DNA of 64,000 nt, taken from NCBI GenBank assembly GCA_007694035.1, contig RECM01000121.1, forward strand, positions 2,649 through 66,648, written 5' to 3'. Positions 29,288-37,516 of this stretch are shown here, in pieces. The notes under the pieces were generated by a model. That model saw nothing but the letters and a program-made list of their open reading frames with translations. It searched no databases and had not been told where the DNA came from. How positions within the stretch are numbered: the first letter of the stretch is position 1; each line of letters starts with the position of its first letter. Source of the stretch: Balneolaceae bacterium (GTDB lineage: Bacteria > Bacteroidota > Rhodothermia > Balneolales > Cyclonatronaceae). The position numbers and the translations under genes are program-made.

Positions 29288-31528
29288 ATGATATTTAATT
29301 TGAAGCAGGCGATATGTTTTTTCGCCTGTTTCTTGTTTATCAGCCTGTCACATACAGTCTATGCCGCTGATGCCGATCAGGACAACAGGGGTGCTGTTAC
29401 GGGTATAATAAGAGATGCAGAAACCGGCGATCCCATCGGCTGGACGAGTGTGTTGATTGAAGAAGTAAACCGGTCTGCTGTAGCTCATGAAGACGGCAGT
29501 TTCAATTTCATTAATATTCCCGCCGGCTGGTATACATTAAGAACCTATCGTCTGGGGTATGAAAATTATTTGCAACGAATTACTGTAACGGCTCGTGATA
29601 CATTACACGTGACCATTGAACTGCGCCGTTCCGTGATCAGGGGCAGGGAAGTGGAAATTCGTGCTGACCGTGATGAACTGACACGACCTGTGCGAACTAT
29701 CACCGGTAAAGAACTTCGCCAGCAATTGGGCAGAACACTGGCAGAAACGATTGTGAACGAGCCTGGTATGGCTCAGCGGTCAATGGGATCGGCTCCTGCG
29801 AGGCCTGTACTAAGAGGTCTGGGTGGAGACCGGCTGCTTATACTGGAGGATGGAAATCGCACAGGTGACATGTCATCTACTGCTCCCGATCATGCCGTGG
29901 CTATTGATCCCATGAATGCTGAAAGAATCGAAATAATCCGGGGGCCTGCCTCGCTGATTTACGGATCAAATACACTCGGTGGTGTAATTAATGTATCAAG
30001 GGGGCAAATACCGACAGTGCTGACCGAGCACCTTCACGGAAGTGGCAGCATTCAGCTTGAGTCTGTGAATACCGGTGCAAGCTCTGGGTTTAACCTTGAA
30101 GGTACCACTGGCAAATTTACGCTTAGAGCCGATTTGAGCGGGAGAACTGCAAGTGATATTCAAACTGCAATTGGTCCGCTCGACAACACATCCATAAATA
30201 CGGTGAGTGGATCGGTTGGTGCCGGGTATATAAATCCATGGGGGGTTCTGGGATTTTCGGGCAATATTTTTTCAAGCAACTATGGCATACCAGGCGATTT
30301 CATAGGCTCGCATCCCAATGGTATTGAGATTGAGCTCGTAAGAAGGCAATTACATGCCAAGCTTGATTATCTTCCCCAAACGGAATTCCTGAAAAGGATC
30401 GATGTAGGTATCAATTATAATTATTATTTCCACAGGGAACTGGAATGGAGCCCTGAACGTGAGGCATTTGACGTAGTAGGAGCTCAATACAGATTGCACA
30501 CATTGAATTTCAATTCGTTTGTCCGTAACAATAGTTGGGGGCCTTTCACAAGCGGAATACTGGGAATATTTGGTGAATTCAGGGATTATACCGCCGGTGG
30601 TTTTACATTTACGCCACCCGTTCAGGAATTTGGTCTGGCATTAATGGCCTACCAGCAGGCCATTGCTGGCAGACTAACAATTGATGTTTCAGCGCGTATT
30701 GATACCCGTGCCGTAAATCCACAGGAGGAAGTTGAATCCAGAATTATTGGCCTGATGAGAAGCAGAAGATTTACAGGTTATTCGGCAGGTAGCAGGCTCA
30801 CCTTTGAAATGGCCGACTGGCTCGATATCGGTGCAAGTTTCATGAAGACACTCAGGCTGCCAGGTATTGAAGAGCTGTATTCGGAAGGCCCGCATCTGCC
30901 TGCTTACAGCTACGACACCGGTAACCCGGAACTTGATGCCGAAGAGGGGTATGGACTGGAAGTATTTGCAAAAATGCACACCAGCGGTTTCAAACTTGAG
31001 GCGGCTGTATTCAATAATTCTATAAGCAACTATTTGTATCCCAGAAATACCGGCACCGAGAGTGAGCGCAGGCCTTTACCCGTATATCAGTACAGCGGAG
31101 ATGATGTATTGATGCGGGGTTGGGAACTGAGCTATGGTTTAGACCTTTTTCTGAATTTCTCTACTTCGGGTACGCTCAGTTACGTTAGGGGAGACCTCAC
31201 AGAAGAAGACCGTCCGTTACCATTTATTCCACCCCTTACCGGTAAATTCGACCTGGAATACAACATCCGGAATTTGTCTTTGGGAACATCCCTGAGAACA
31301 GCTTCGAGGCAGGACAGACTTGGCGATTTTGAAGAACCGACGGCCGGATACAGGGTTTTTGATCTTTTTGCGAGGTATATGTTTTCAAGCGGGAAATATC
31401 TGCACACCTTTACTTTTGGTGTGGATAATCTGACCGATGAAGACTACAGGATGCACTTGTCGCGGGTGAAATCAATTATGCCTGAGCCCGGAAGAAATAT
31501 CAGGATTTTGTACCGGGTCTATTTCTGA
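29288..31528 (+). CDS. TonB-dependent receptor with N-terminal CarboxypepD_reg-like domain
   Basis: Signal peptide, then GIIRDAETGDPIGW..V (carboxypeptidase-regulatory-like), the plug motif IEIIRGPASLIYGSNTLGGVINV, a long beta-barrel and a terminal ...RVYF. Confidence 0.85.
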   Translation: MIFNLKQAICFFACFLFISLSHTVYAADADQDNRGAVTGIIRDAETGDPIGWTSVLIEEVNRSAVAHEDGSFNFINIPAGWYTLRTYRLGYENYLQRITVTARDTLHVTIELRRSVIRGREVEIRADRDELTRPVRTITGKELRQQLGRTLAETIVNEPGMAQRSMGSAPARPVLRGLGGDRLLILEDGNRTGDMSSTAPDHAVAIDPMNAERIEIIRGPASLIYGSNTLGGVINVSRGQIPTVLTEHLHGSGSIQLESVNTGASSGFNLEGTTGKFTLRADLSGRTASDIQTAIGPLDNTSINTVSGSVGAGYINPWGVLGFSGNIFSSNYGIPGDFIGSHPNGIEIELVRRQLHAKLDYLPQTEFLKRIDVGINYNYYFHRELEWSPEREAFDVVGAQYRLHTLNFNSFVRNNSWGPFTSGILGIFGEFRDYTAGGFTFTPPVQEFGLALMAYQQAIAGRLTIDVSARIDTRAVNPQEEVESRIIGLMRSRRFTGYSAGSRLTFEMADWLDIGASFMKTLRLPGIEELYSEGPHLPAYSYDTGNPELDAEEGYGLEVFAKMHTSGFKLEAAVFNNSISNYLYPRNTGTESERRPLPVYQYSGDDVLMRGWELSYGLDLFLNFSTSGTLSYVRGDLTEEDRPLPFIPPLTGKFDLEYNIRNLSLGTSLRTASRQDRLGDFEEPTAGYRVFDLFARYMFSSGKYLHTFTFGVDNLTDEDYRMHLSRVKSIMPEPGRNIRILYRVYF

Positions 31529-32493
31529 TTTTTTCTTTCCGGCTTCAGTTTATTCCCTGAGATACTGAACCAGGTAAAAGTAGCGGTGTTAATGATTTTG
31601 CCAAGTGCGCTAGCAACAAGCAGCATTCCGGCAACACCGGCAGCCGATACATCCATTGCCCTGGATAACTCAAAACTGGCCCCAAGGAAAAACATATCCT
31701 TCGCCGGAAGCATAGGCAGCCAGTTAATTACAATTTTGACCGACAAATAGGTTATCCACACAGACAGCGAAACCTCCGGCAGTATCACCATCCACTGGAG
31801 TAACTGCATGGTATTTACAGCCAAAAGGCGGGTCAGGTGAAATCCCCCGATTACGGCCAGTGATCGACCGGGCAGATGGAAAATCCTTTTTCTGAGTATA
31901 ACGAGTGTGGGTATGATACCGGCGATTACAGCAGCACCCGCAATGGCCCAGCCTGTGGTATCACTGTCGAGCAGGTTCAGCTCACCTGCCACCAGGAAAT
32001 AGACAAGCAGAACAATGGCAAAGGAAGTAGTGGCCATTGACGAAATGATGGTATTATCCTTAATGGATCGCCATATTACCGATTCAGGGAGCCCCGTTGA
32101 TTTTCGAGCCCACATAAAGAGAAAAACCTCGCCCGAGTAACCGGCAACCTCGGAGTTGTAGACCCGCTTCTGCTGAACCGCCGGGAATATTTTTAAATAT
32201 GGCACCCTCCAGGTGTGCCGGTAAATTGCTGTTTCAATAAGGGGCAGGGTTACGTATATGCCTGCGAAAAGAAGATAGAAAAGAGGCTCGACCGGAAAGG
32301 CATTCCAAAGCTCAAGCCATCCGATTGTGGTTATCTGATAAATCAGATAACCGATCACCGTCAGAATAATGGCATAGCGGATTGTTGTGAGGGTTACCCG
32401 GCCCGCAGACGTTTTGCTCCAATTGCCGATACGCCGCCGGAGCAGGTAAAAAATGATTTTCACCTTTCGTTTCAATTGGGGTTCTTTGGGCAT
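31519..32493 (-). CDS. polytopic membrane protein, possibly UPF0104/lysyl-PG-synthase-TM family
   Basis: 324 aa with a basic N-terminus followed by about 8 hydrophobic segments. Family call is from architecture only. The 3' end overlaps the TonB-receptor 3' end by 10 nt (convergent). Confidence 0.55.
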   Translation of the reverse strand: MPKEPQLKRKVKIIFYLLRRRIGNWSKTSAGRVTLTTIRYAIILTVIGYLIYQITTIGWLELWNAFPVEPLFYLLFAGIYVTLPLIETAIYRHTWRVPYLKIFPAVQQKRVYNSEVAGYSGEVFLFMWARKSTGLPESVIWRSIKDNTIISSMATTSFAIVLLVYFLVAGELNLLDSDTTGWAIAGAAVIAGIIPTLVILRKRIFHLPGRSLAVIGGFHLTRLLAVNTMQLLQWMVILPEVSLSVWITYLSVKIVINWLPMLPAKDMFFLGASFELSRAMDVSAAGVAGMLLVASALGKIINTATFTWFSISGNKLKPERKNQK

Positions 32494-32750
32494 TTATGGC
32501 GTATTGGATGATCCTCAAAAAGAGGATGGACACTATTATCAGATATTCCGGGACTGTATAAGACTGTCGGGTTTGTGTACGAAAAACACGAATAGAAGAA
32601 TAGGGCGGCTACTAAATGAACATAAATACCGGCTGTCTGAGATAGAACTTTTCATGATGAGAATGAGGTATACATATGAGATTAAACAAATTCCAAAAAA
32701 AACAAGGGCAGTGCATTTATTTACCAATCACATATATACCAATCGTAATT

Positions 32751-33077
32751 CTATATTCCGGGTGGATGGTTAATTCCCGCAACATCTTCCACATCCATTA
32801 CAAAAGCTATACCATTACCTGGTTCATTGAGCTGCGCTTCCTCAACGATGGCATTCAGCACATCTTCAGTTTTCTCTTTTACAATGAGGGTGAGGATTAT
32901 ATCTTTTTCCGGCTCAATGGTGAAAGAGAAGAGTTTTGCCTGTTCGTGAATACCAGAGCCCCTGCCAAATACTATCGTACCTCCATCTGCACCGGCACGC
33001 TTTGAAGCTTCGAGAACCCGGGCGCAATTTCCTTTATTAACAATTGTTATGATCAGATCATATTTAGTCTTATCCAT
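32751..33077 (-). CDS. PII-like signal-transduction protein (paralog 1)
   Basis: 108 aa. Beta-alpha-beta start YDLIITIVNKG, then GRGSG in the loop region and C-terminal GNGIAFV (compare GDGKIFV of GlnB/GlnK). Confidence 0.75.
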   Translation of the reverse strand: MDKTKYDLIITIVNKGNCARVLEASKRAGADGGTIVFGRGSGIHEQAKLFSFTIEPEKDIILTLIVKEKTEDVLNAIVEEAQLNEPGNGIAFVMDVEDVAGINHPPGI

Positions 33078-33090
33078 GATGCTGGGTTAT

Positions 33091-33432
33091 TTATTCTTTG
33101 CGGTTTAGTAAGTGAGCGACTCCGGTAACTATCGAGGGGTTCAAAACAAATGCGATGCCATTACCACGGCGGTCGAGCCTGACGGCAGCCCTGACCTTCG
33201 ACAGCACTATGTCTTTGATCTCTTCCGGAACAATTGACATAATGCATTCCTTTTCATCCTCTATCGGTATGCCCAGAAAACTTTTCTCCTGGTGTACACT
33301 CATTCCTCTGCCGGGTATTACAGTGGAACCTTCTGCGCCTGCTTTTTTCAGGGCTTTAAGAATGCGCTTGGATTTCCCCTTCTTTACAATTACGAAAACG
33401 AGTTTTTGCTTTTTTTTGAGTATATCAACCAT
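33091..33432 (-). CDS. PII-like signal-transduction protein (paralog 2)
   Basis: 113 aa with KLVFVIVKKG, GRGMS and GNGIAFV. Its start overlaps the upstream membrane-protein gene by 8 nt. Confidence 0.75.
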   Translation of the reverse strand: MVDILKKKQKLVFVIVKKGKSKRILKALKKAGAEGSTVIPGRGMSVHQEKSFLGIPIEDEKECIMSIVPEEIKDIVLSKVRAAVRLDRRGNGIAFVLNPSIVTGVAHLLNRKE

Positions 33433-34156
33433 CCTGTTTCTCCTTCATACTGTAAAGAATTCCCAAAACCAAAACCGATAAAATTGGAGCAAGTGCAACC
33501 AGGCTGATCATTCCAAAGCCATCAATCAGCGGATCACTGCCTTCAAGCTTTTCAGAAAATCCGAGGGCAATTGCCAATATAAATGTAACGGTCATTGGTC
33601 CGGTAGCAACACCTCCTGAATCAAATGCAATAGATGTAAACGTATTGGTATTGAAATACATAAGAATGAGTGCTAATCCATACCCCGGTATTATAAAATA
33701 CCAGAGCGGGATTGCAAAAAGTATTCGAACCATGGCAAGAGCTATTGATACTGCTACACCTGTCGATAATGTATACAGCATCAGGCTGCGGGGAATGTAC
33801 CCGGATGATACCTTGTCGACCTCATGATTCAAAACCCGTACTGCCGGTTCGGCGAAAGTCGCAACAAAACCCAGGATGAACCCTATTGGGATGAGGATCC
33901 AGCTGTAGGAAAGGCCGCCAATTATGATCCCGATTTCCCGGCCAACGGGCAGAAAGCCGATGTGCACGCCCTGAAGGAAGAAGGCCAGGCCAAAAAAAGT
34001 AAGAACAATGCCGATGAGGGCATCTGAAACCTGCTTTTTGGGAAGTTTCAGCATGAATATCTGGAAAAAAGCAAAAAAGATAAGAAGAGGCACAAGTGCG
34101 AAACTGACTTCTATCAGTACTTCCGAAAAGCCGTAAAAAATTTTGATCTCACTCAT
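33425..34156 (-). CDS. DUF1538-type polytopic membrane protein (paralog B)
   Basis: 243 aa. Shares GVHIGFLPVG, AEPAVRVL, FDSGGVATGPMTVTFILA and DGFGM with the upstream paralog. ATGA overlap with it. Confidence 0.75.
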   Translation of the reverse strand: MSEIKIFYGFSEVLIEVSFALVPLLIFFAFFQIFMLKLPKKQVSDALIGIVLTFFGLAFFLQGVHIGFLPVGREIGIIIGGLSYSWILIPIGFILGFVATFAEPAVRVLNHEVDKVSSGYIPRSLMLYTLSTGVAVSIALAMVRILFAIPLWYFIIPGYGLALILMYFNTNTFTSIAFDSGGVATGPMTVTFILAIALGFSEKLEGSDPLIDGFGMISLVALAPILSVLVLGILYSMKEKQDG

Positions 34157-34851
34157 CCAAATACAATCCCAAGTATAATCACAGCCAGTACTGGTCCAAT
34201 TGAAGCAAGTGCAACGAGCCCAAAACCGTCGTTACTGGCAGTTTTTCCACCCAAAACCGATGCTACACCAATTCCAAAAGCCAGGATGAAAGGTACCGCC
34301 ATAGGCCCTGTGGTAACACCGCCCGCATCGAAAGAAATGGGCACAAACTCTGCAGGTGTCTGCGGCAGAGCCAGCATAAGAAAAATAAGGCCGTAGCCGC
34401 CTGCCAGCATCCAGGTTATGGGAACACTGTAAATAATTCTGACCATGGCCAGCACCAGAAATATACCGAGCCCCAGGGCAACGGTATAGACGAGAATCGA
34501 TCTGGGTATGGAACCGTCTGAAACCGTGTCAACATAATTGGCCAGCACCCTCACATCCGGCTCGGCCACAGTAACCGCAAAACCCAGCAGAAAAGCGACG
34601 AGCAGTACAAACCATACCTTTCCGGATTTTGGTGTGGCCGACCCAATCATTTCTCCGATCGGCAATAAGCCGATATGTACACCAAGCAGGAAGAGGATTA
34701 ACCCCAGGGTTACAAAGACTACCCCGATCAAAAACTGAAGAAAACTGGCAAGAGGCAACCATATTACGGTAACCTGCAAGATGATGACAGCGATTGTTAT
34801 CGGCAATATTGCAAATATTACTTCACTTACCGTTTCTCTGACACTCTGCAT
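34153..34851 (-). CDS. DUF1538-type polytopic membrane protein (paralog A)
   Basis: 232 aa with GVHIGLLPIG, AEPDVRVL, FDAGGVTTGPMAVPFILA and DGFGL. Confidence 0.75.
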   Translation of the reverse strand: MQSVRETVSEVIFAILPITIAVIILQVTVIWLPLASFLQFLIGVVFVTLGLILFLLGVHIGLLPIGEMIGSATPKSGKVWFVLLVAFLLGFAVTVAEPDVRVLANYVDTVSDGSIPRSILVYTVALGLGIFLVLAMVRIIYSVPITWMLAGGYGLIFLMLALPQTPAEFVPISFDAGGVTTGPMAVPFILAFGIGVASVLGGKTASNDGFGLVALASIGPVLAVIILGIVFG

Positions 34852-35043
34852 TATTTATATGGAATTTTTATTGGTATCTGGTGTTGAAACCGTATCAAAA
34901 TCAGGGGCAAAAATGGAATATATGGTATTCAAACCGGAACAAGGTAATGATACAACAAAAATTAAGAAGCGATGCATTTGAGCCGTAATATGTCAATAAC
35001 AACTGCCTCCGGCATTTTGATTATATCCAATATGCGGATTAAG

Positions 35044-36051
35044 TCAGGGTTTCGTAATAACCGCATCGTTACGGTTACCGTATTCCGACCACGAGCCCTC
35101 GTAAGCCCGAACGGAGTCATATCCCATAAGCCTGAGTGTGAAATAGGCATGTGAGCCGCGAACATTGGTGTGGCAGTGGGGAATCACCTCTTTGTCGCGT
35201 GTAATACCGAGCTCATCATATTTTTGCTGTATTGCGGATGCGGGCAGGAAATAGGGGATACCCTCAGGTTCAAGTACTTTCCGCCATTCAAGATTTACGG
35301 CATTTGGGATGTGACCGCTGAAAGCAGCCCTCTCGTCAACGCCGGTGAATTCGTCTTCGGAACGGGCATCAAAGATTATTTTATCGGATTGGCCGGATGC
35401 GGCGAGTACATACTCGAACGAGCAGAATTTCTCTTCCTGAACAGCTACAGAAAACGTACCGGGTTCCCTGGTCACTGATTCAGAGGCTACCGGCAGGCCG
35501 GAGTTCAGCCAGCCGGCAAATCCCCCGTTCAGGATCGCGGCATTCGAAAAACCGTAATAATCGAGGGCGTAGAACAGCCGCGCCGATGCCAGGGAATTTC
35601 CGTCGTCGTATATCACTGCATTGTCGTCATCACTCAGCCCGATCTCACGCATCATCTGTTCAAAAGCCTCAGGGCCGATAAGATAACTTGCGATCGGATT
35701 ATCGGGATCGGTCAGTTTTGATACAGCCGGGAAATGGACCGCACCCGGTATGAGCGAATCACCCGTTTCGGCGCGGGCATCTATCAGGAAAACAGGCTGA
35801 CTTCTGAGCAGCTCATTCAGCTCAACGGCCCCGACAAGCAGATGCGCATTGGGATAGTCATTAAGGGTACCGGCAGGAACATCTACGGCAATTGTATCCC
35901 CGACAAGCGGTTCCGAAGGTTTACCTTCCAACTGCAGGTGTTCTGATACCACATGGGTCGCCCGGTTTATATCGTTATTGGACTGCAGGGCATTTGCAGG
36001 GGAACAATAAATGAAGGCGATAATGGTAAAAAAAAGAATAAAATAGCGCAT
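35044..36051 (-). CDS. secreted tandem-rhodanese sulfurtransferase (thiosulfate/3-mercaptopyruvate type)
   Basis: Signal peptide MRYFILFFTIIAFIYCSPANA, two rhodanese domains and the active-site loop CHTNVRGSH in the second. Confidence 0.85.
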   Translation of the reverse strand: MRYFILFFTIIAFIYCSPANALQSNNDINRATHVVSEHLQLEGKPSEPLVGDTIAVDVPAGTLNDYPNAHLLVGAVELNELLRSQPVFLIDARAETGDSLIPGAVHFPAVSKLTDPDNPIASYLIGPEAFEQMMREIGLSDDDNAVIYDDGNSLASARLFYALDYYGFSNAAILNGGFAGWLNSGLPVASESVTREPGTFSVAVQEEKFCSFEYVLAASGQSDKIIFDARSEDEFTGVDERAAFSGHIPNAVNLEWRKVLEPEGIPYFLPASAIQQKYDELGITRDKEVIPHCHTNVRGSHAYFTLRLMGYDSVRAYEGSWSEYGNRNDAVITKP

Positions 36052-36449
36052 TTTGAGGATCTGTTTTGATTTTTGGATGGCGCAAAATAGGCAATACTGA
36101 TGAATTCGTCAGTATCATTATAACTGTGCTGGGATATAATGTGACCAATTGCAGATTATATTAGGCAGTGATATAAATATATAATTTGATTCCCTCACAA
36201 CGTTATGGCAAATCAGTTGATTGCTGCACCGTTAAATGGTAATTACGGGGGGAATTTTTATCAATATGTATTTTCTCAGGAAACCGGGAACAGTGAAATT
36301 CCAGTCTTACCGATGTAATATGATGTTGTGGGCGGGGAGGGAAAAGCGTCGGATTTGCCGAAGGTAATTGATATTTTTAGGATTATTGTATATTTTGAAC
36401 AGTTAATAGATTATTTGCTCAATGTTAAAACAGGTAACAGGGATATAAT

Positions 36450-36836
36450 TTGAAGGATCTTTTTCTGAATTACTGGACCCTGCTGACCGAAAAGGTGTTT
36501 GAACTCAGCAGTTATTACGGAGTAGATCCGCTCATTTTCGGGTTGCTCTATGCCGGTACTATACCATTACTCTGGTTCAGTATAGGGTGGATTATTCGGA
36601 ACATCCAAAAAAAGCAGTCGATAATTGTGCCACTTGTTGTTGCTGCATTATGTGTTACGGGTACTTACATCTACCTTCTGTTTGCAGGGCAGAATATACC
36701 CTTGTGGGTTTACGGTTTCGCTGCCGGAATGGTTGGTTTCAGTGGCTACAATATCCATAAAAAAGTAAGCTGCAAGCTGGAACAGTCTGCGGAGAATGCG
36801 GGTATCGCATCAGATACGAGTGATTTTAAGCTCTGA
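36450..36836 (+). CDS. small 3-TM membrane protein (paralog 1), unknown family
   Basis: 128 aa, TTG start. YGVDPLIFGLLYAGTIPLLWFSIGWIIRNIQKKQSI...GQNIPLWVY aligns with the next small gene. Confidence 0.55.
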   Translation: MKDLFLNYWTLLTEKVFELSSYYGVDPLIFGLLYAGTIPLLWFSIGWIIRNIQKKQSIIVPLVVAALCVTGTYIYLLFAGQNIPLWVYGFAAGMVGFSGYNIHKKVSCKLEQSAENAGIASDTSDFKL

Positions 36837-37171
36837 CAGGCCGTCTGTCTGTAAAGCCGTCTTTTTCGGGTTAGTATGAATACCGGTGCCTCATTGAACC
36901 TGTAATCATTGAACCTGTCTGAGACACCAGCAGATAACCACATCCCACTTTCCTGCGGTTTGCCTTGTTGTCTCTATCCTGCTAAATCCAACCATCCGTT
37001 ACAGCCCTTTGTACACGCAGACTTACCTGATGCAGGCTAAATCGACATTTGATTAAATTACAATGTTGATGTGATACATATGTGATGGCTGAAAGCAGGA
37101 TGTGTGCTATCATGTGCCGCATCAAACGGTAACACAACTTCAGATCTGTCATACATCAGCTGCAAGCTAAA

Positions 37172-37516
37172 ATGGAAATAATTGATTCAATAAGGTTATG
37201 GTTTTTCTCGCTCGGCGAGGGATATGGCGTAAATCCATTTATTTTCGGTGCCATCTATATAGGGGCTATACCATTCTTCTGGTTATCAACCGTCTGGCTG
37301 GTTCGCAATATCCGGCACAAACGCAATATTGCCCCGCCCGTTATTGCGATGTCGGGATGTGCCGTATCATCGTATACCTATCTGATTATTGTTGGTCAGA
37401 ATGTTCCATTATGGGTTTATATTCTGATTGTTGCCATCGTACTATATTCATTTTATGCCACGTGGCAAACCATTAAGTCAAAACGTGAGGAGAGCGCCGT
37501 TGAAGCGGGAATATGA
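37172..37516 (+). CDS. small 3-TM membrane protein (paralog 2), unknown family
   Basis: 114 aa. YGVNPFIFGAIYIGAIPFFWLSTVWLVRNIRHKRNI...GQNVPLWVY. Its stop abuts or overlaps the oxidoreductase start. Confidence 0.6.
   Translation: MEIIDSIRLWFFSLGEGYGVNPFIFGAIYIGAIPFFWLSTVWLVRNIRHKRNIAPPVIAMSGCAVSSYTYLIIVGQNVPLWVYILIVAIVLYSFYATWQTIKSKREESAVEAGI

Noticed and set aside
36278-36365. A string resembling the cobalamin-riboswitch core (GGGAACAGTGAAATTCC...ACCGATGTAA...AAGCGTCGGATTTGCC) upstream of the first small membrane-protein gene.
   Set aside because: The hairpin that should close around the UGAAAUU loop cannot form (only one complementary pair). The CCCGC/GCCACTG elements and a proper B12 box are absent. 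The paralogous downstream gene has no similar leader. A cmsearch with RF00174 would settle it, but I expect no hit.
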